Shown: positions 63,408 to 64,000 of the stretch, one piece after another
Layout: each line of letters begins with the position of its first letter
Numbering within the stretch: the stretch's first letter is position 1
Source of the DNA: a virus
DNA: 64,000 nucleotides
Virus record (IMG/VR): IMGVR_UViG_3300045125_000034
Span: 1 to 64,000 of that record
Reading direction: 5' to 3' (one strand)
The notes under the pieces: generated by a model
What the model saw: the letters and a program-made list of their open reading frames with translations, nothing else
Told to the model about the DNA's origin: nothing
Database searches by the model: none
Translations under genes and position numbers: made by a program

Positions 63408-64000
63408 TTGAGAAAACTGCATTAGTCACAGGAGCGTCGGGTTTCATCGGCTCAAACTTGGTTGACCATCTTGTTGGTTTGGGGTGGGATGTTGTTGGTA
63501 TAGACAATGAATCTAGCCTAGCCCACGACAAGTTCCACTACAACTCAAAGGCATCATATGTACCAAAGGATGAAGCAGACATCTCTACAGAGAAGCCTTG
63601 GAAGGCATTAGCCAACCATAAGTTTGACTATGTGTTTCATATGGGTGCAGAGTGTCGTATTCAGCAATGCATAGAGAATCCTGCCCTATGCATATCAACT
63701 AATGTTTTAGGTACAGTAAAGACTCTTGAATACGCCGCGAAGATAGGAGCAAAGAGACTTGTGTTCTCGTCCACCTCCTCCATATACTCAGGCTGTGACT
63801 ATGCAGCAGATGAGAACGAAGAGCCGATCTGCATCAATCCCTACGCTTCCACTAAACTTTCGGGAGAGGTCTTCTGCAAGCAGTACAGTATGACTACTGA
63901 GTTGGATACGGTTGTGCTTCGTTACTTCAATGTGTACGGCGAGAGACAGCCAATCCGTGGTTCGTATGCTCCTGTAATCGGTGTGTTTCAACGACAACTA
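63408..64000 (+). CDS. NAD-dependent sugar epimerase/dehydratase (runs off the window)
   Basis: LVTGASGFIGS, FSSTS, YASTK, LRYFNVYG. Confidence 0.9.

Overview
One raw Oxford Nanopore read (rapid-kit adapter/Mu end at 1-88; frequent indel errors split most genes) from a large T4-like myophage. It carries the T4-type replication module (gp45-gp44-gp62-regA ... gp43-uvsX), a CobS-like AAA ATPase plus vWA partner in a GC-rich early island, GMP reductase, dUTPase, GroES, a DNA methyltransferase and 16 tRNA genes. Promoters are both sigma70-like and T4-late-like (nTAAATA). PAP/PTPG-type PEP-CTERM tails suggest a planctomycete (Phycisphaerae-like) host, which is inference only. Most notable: (1) an AT-rich glycosylation island next to gp43/uvsX with several glycosyltransferases, a nucleotidyltransferase, a cupin and a form IV RuBisCO-like protein; (2) about ten unrelated late proteins sharing a T4 capsid-targeting-like N-terminal peptide, including an R-S-E ADP-ribosyltransferase, plus two probable protease-processed polyproteins; (3) a tRNA-Lys(UUU) interrupted by a very compact (~185 nt) group I intron with an adjacent free-standing HNH endonuclease; (4) a cell-envelope module (beta-barrel, lipoprotein, two PEP-CTERM proteins); (5) a tRNA-like structured RNA. 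CDS boundaries are approximate because of read errors, and all family assignments come from motif recognition, not database searches.
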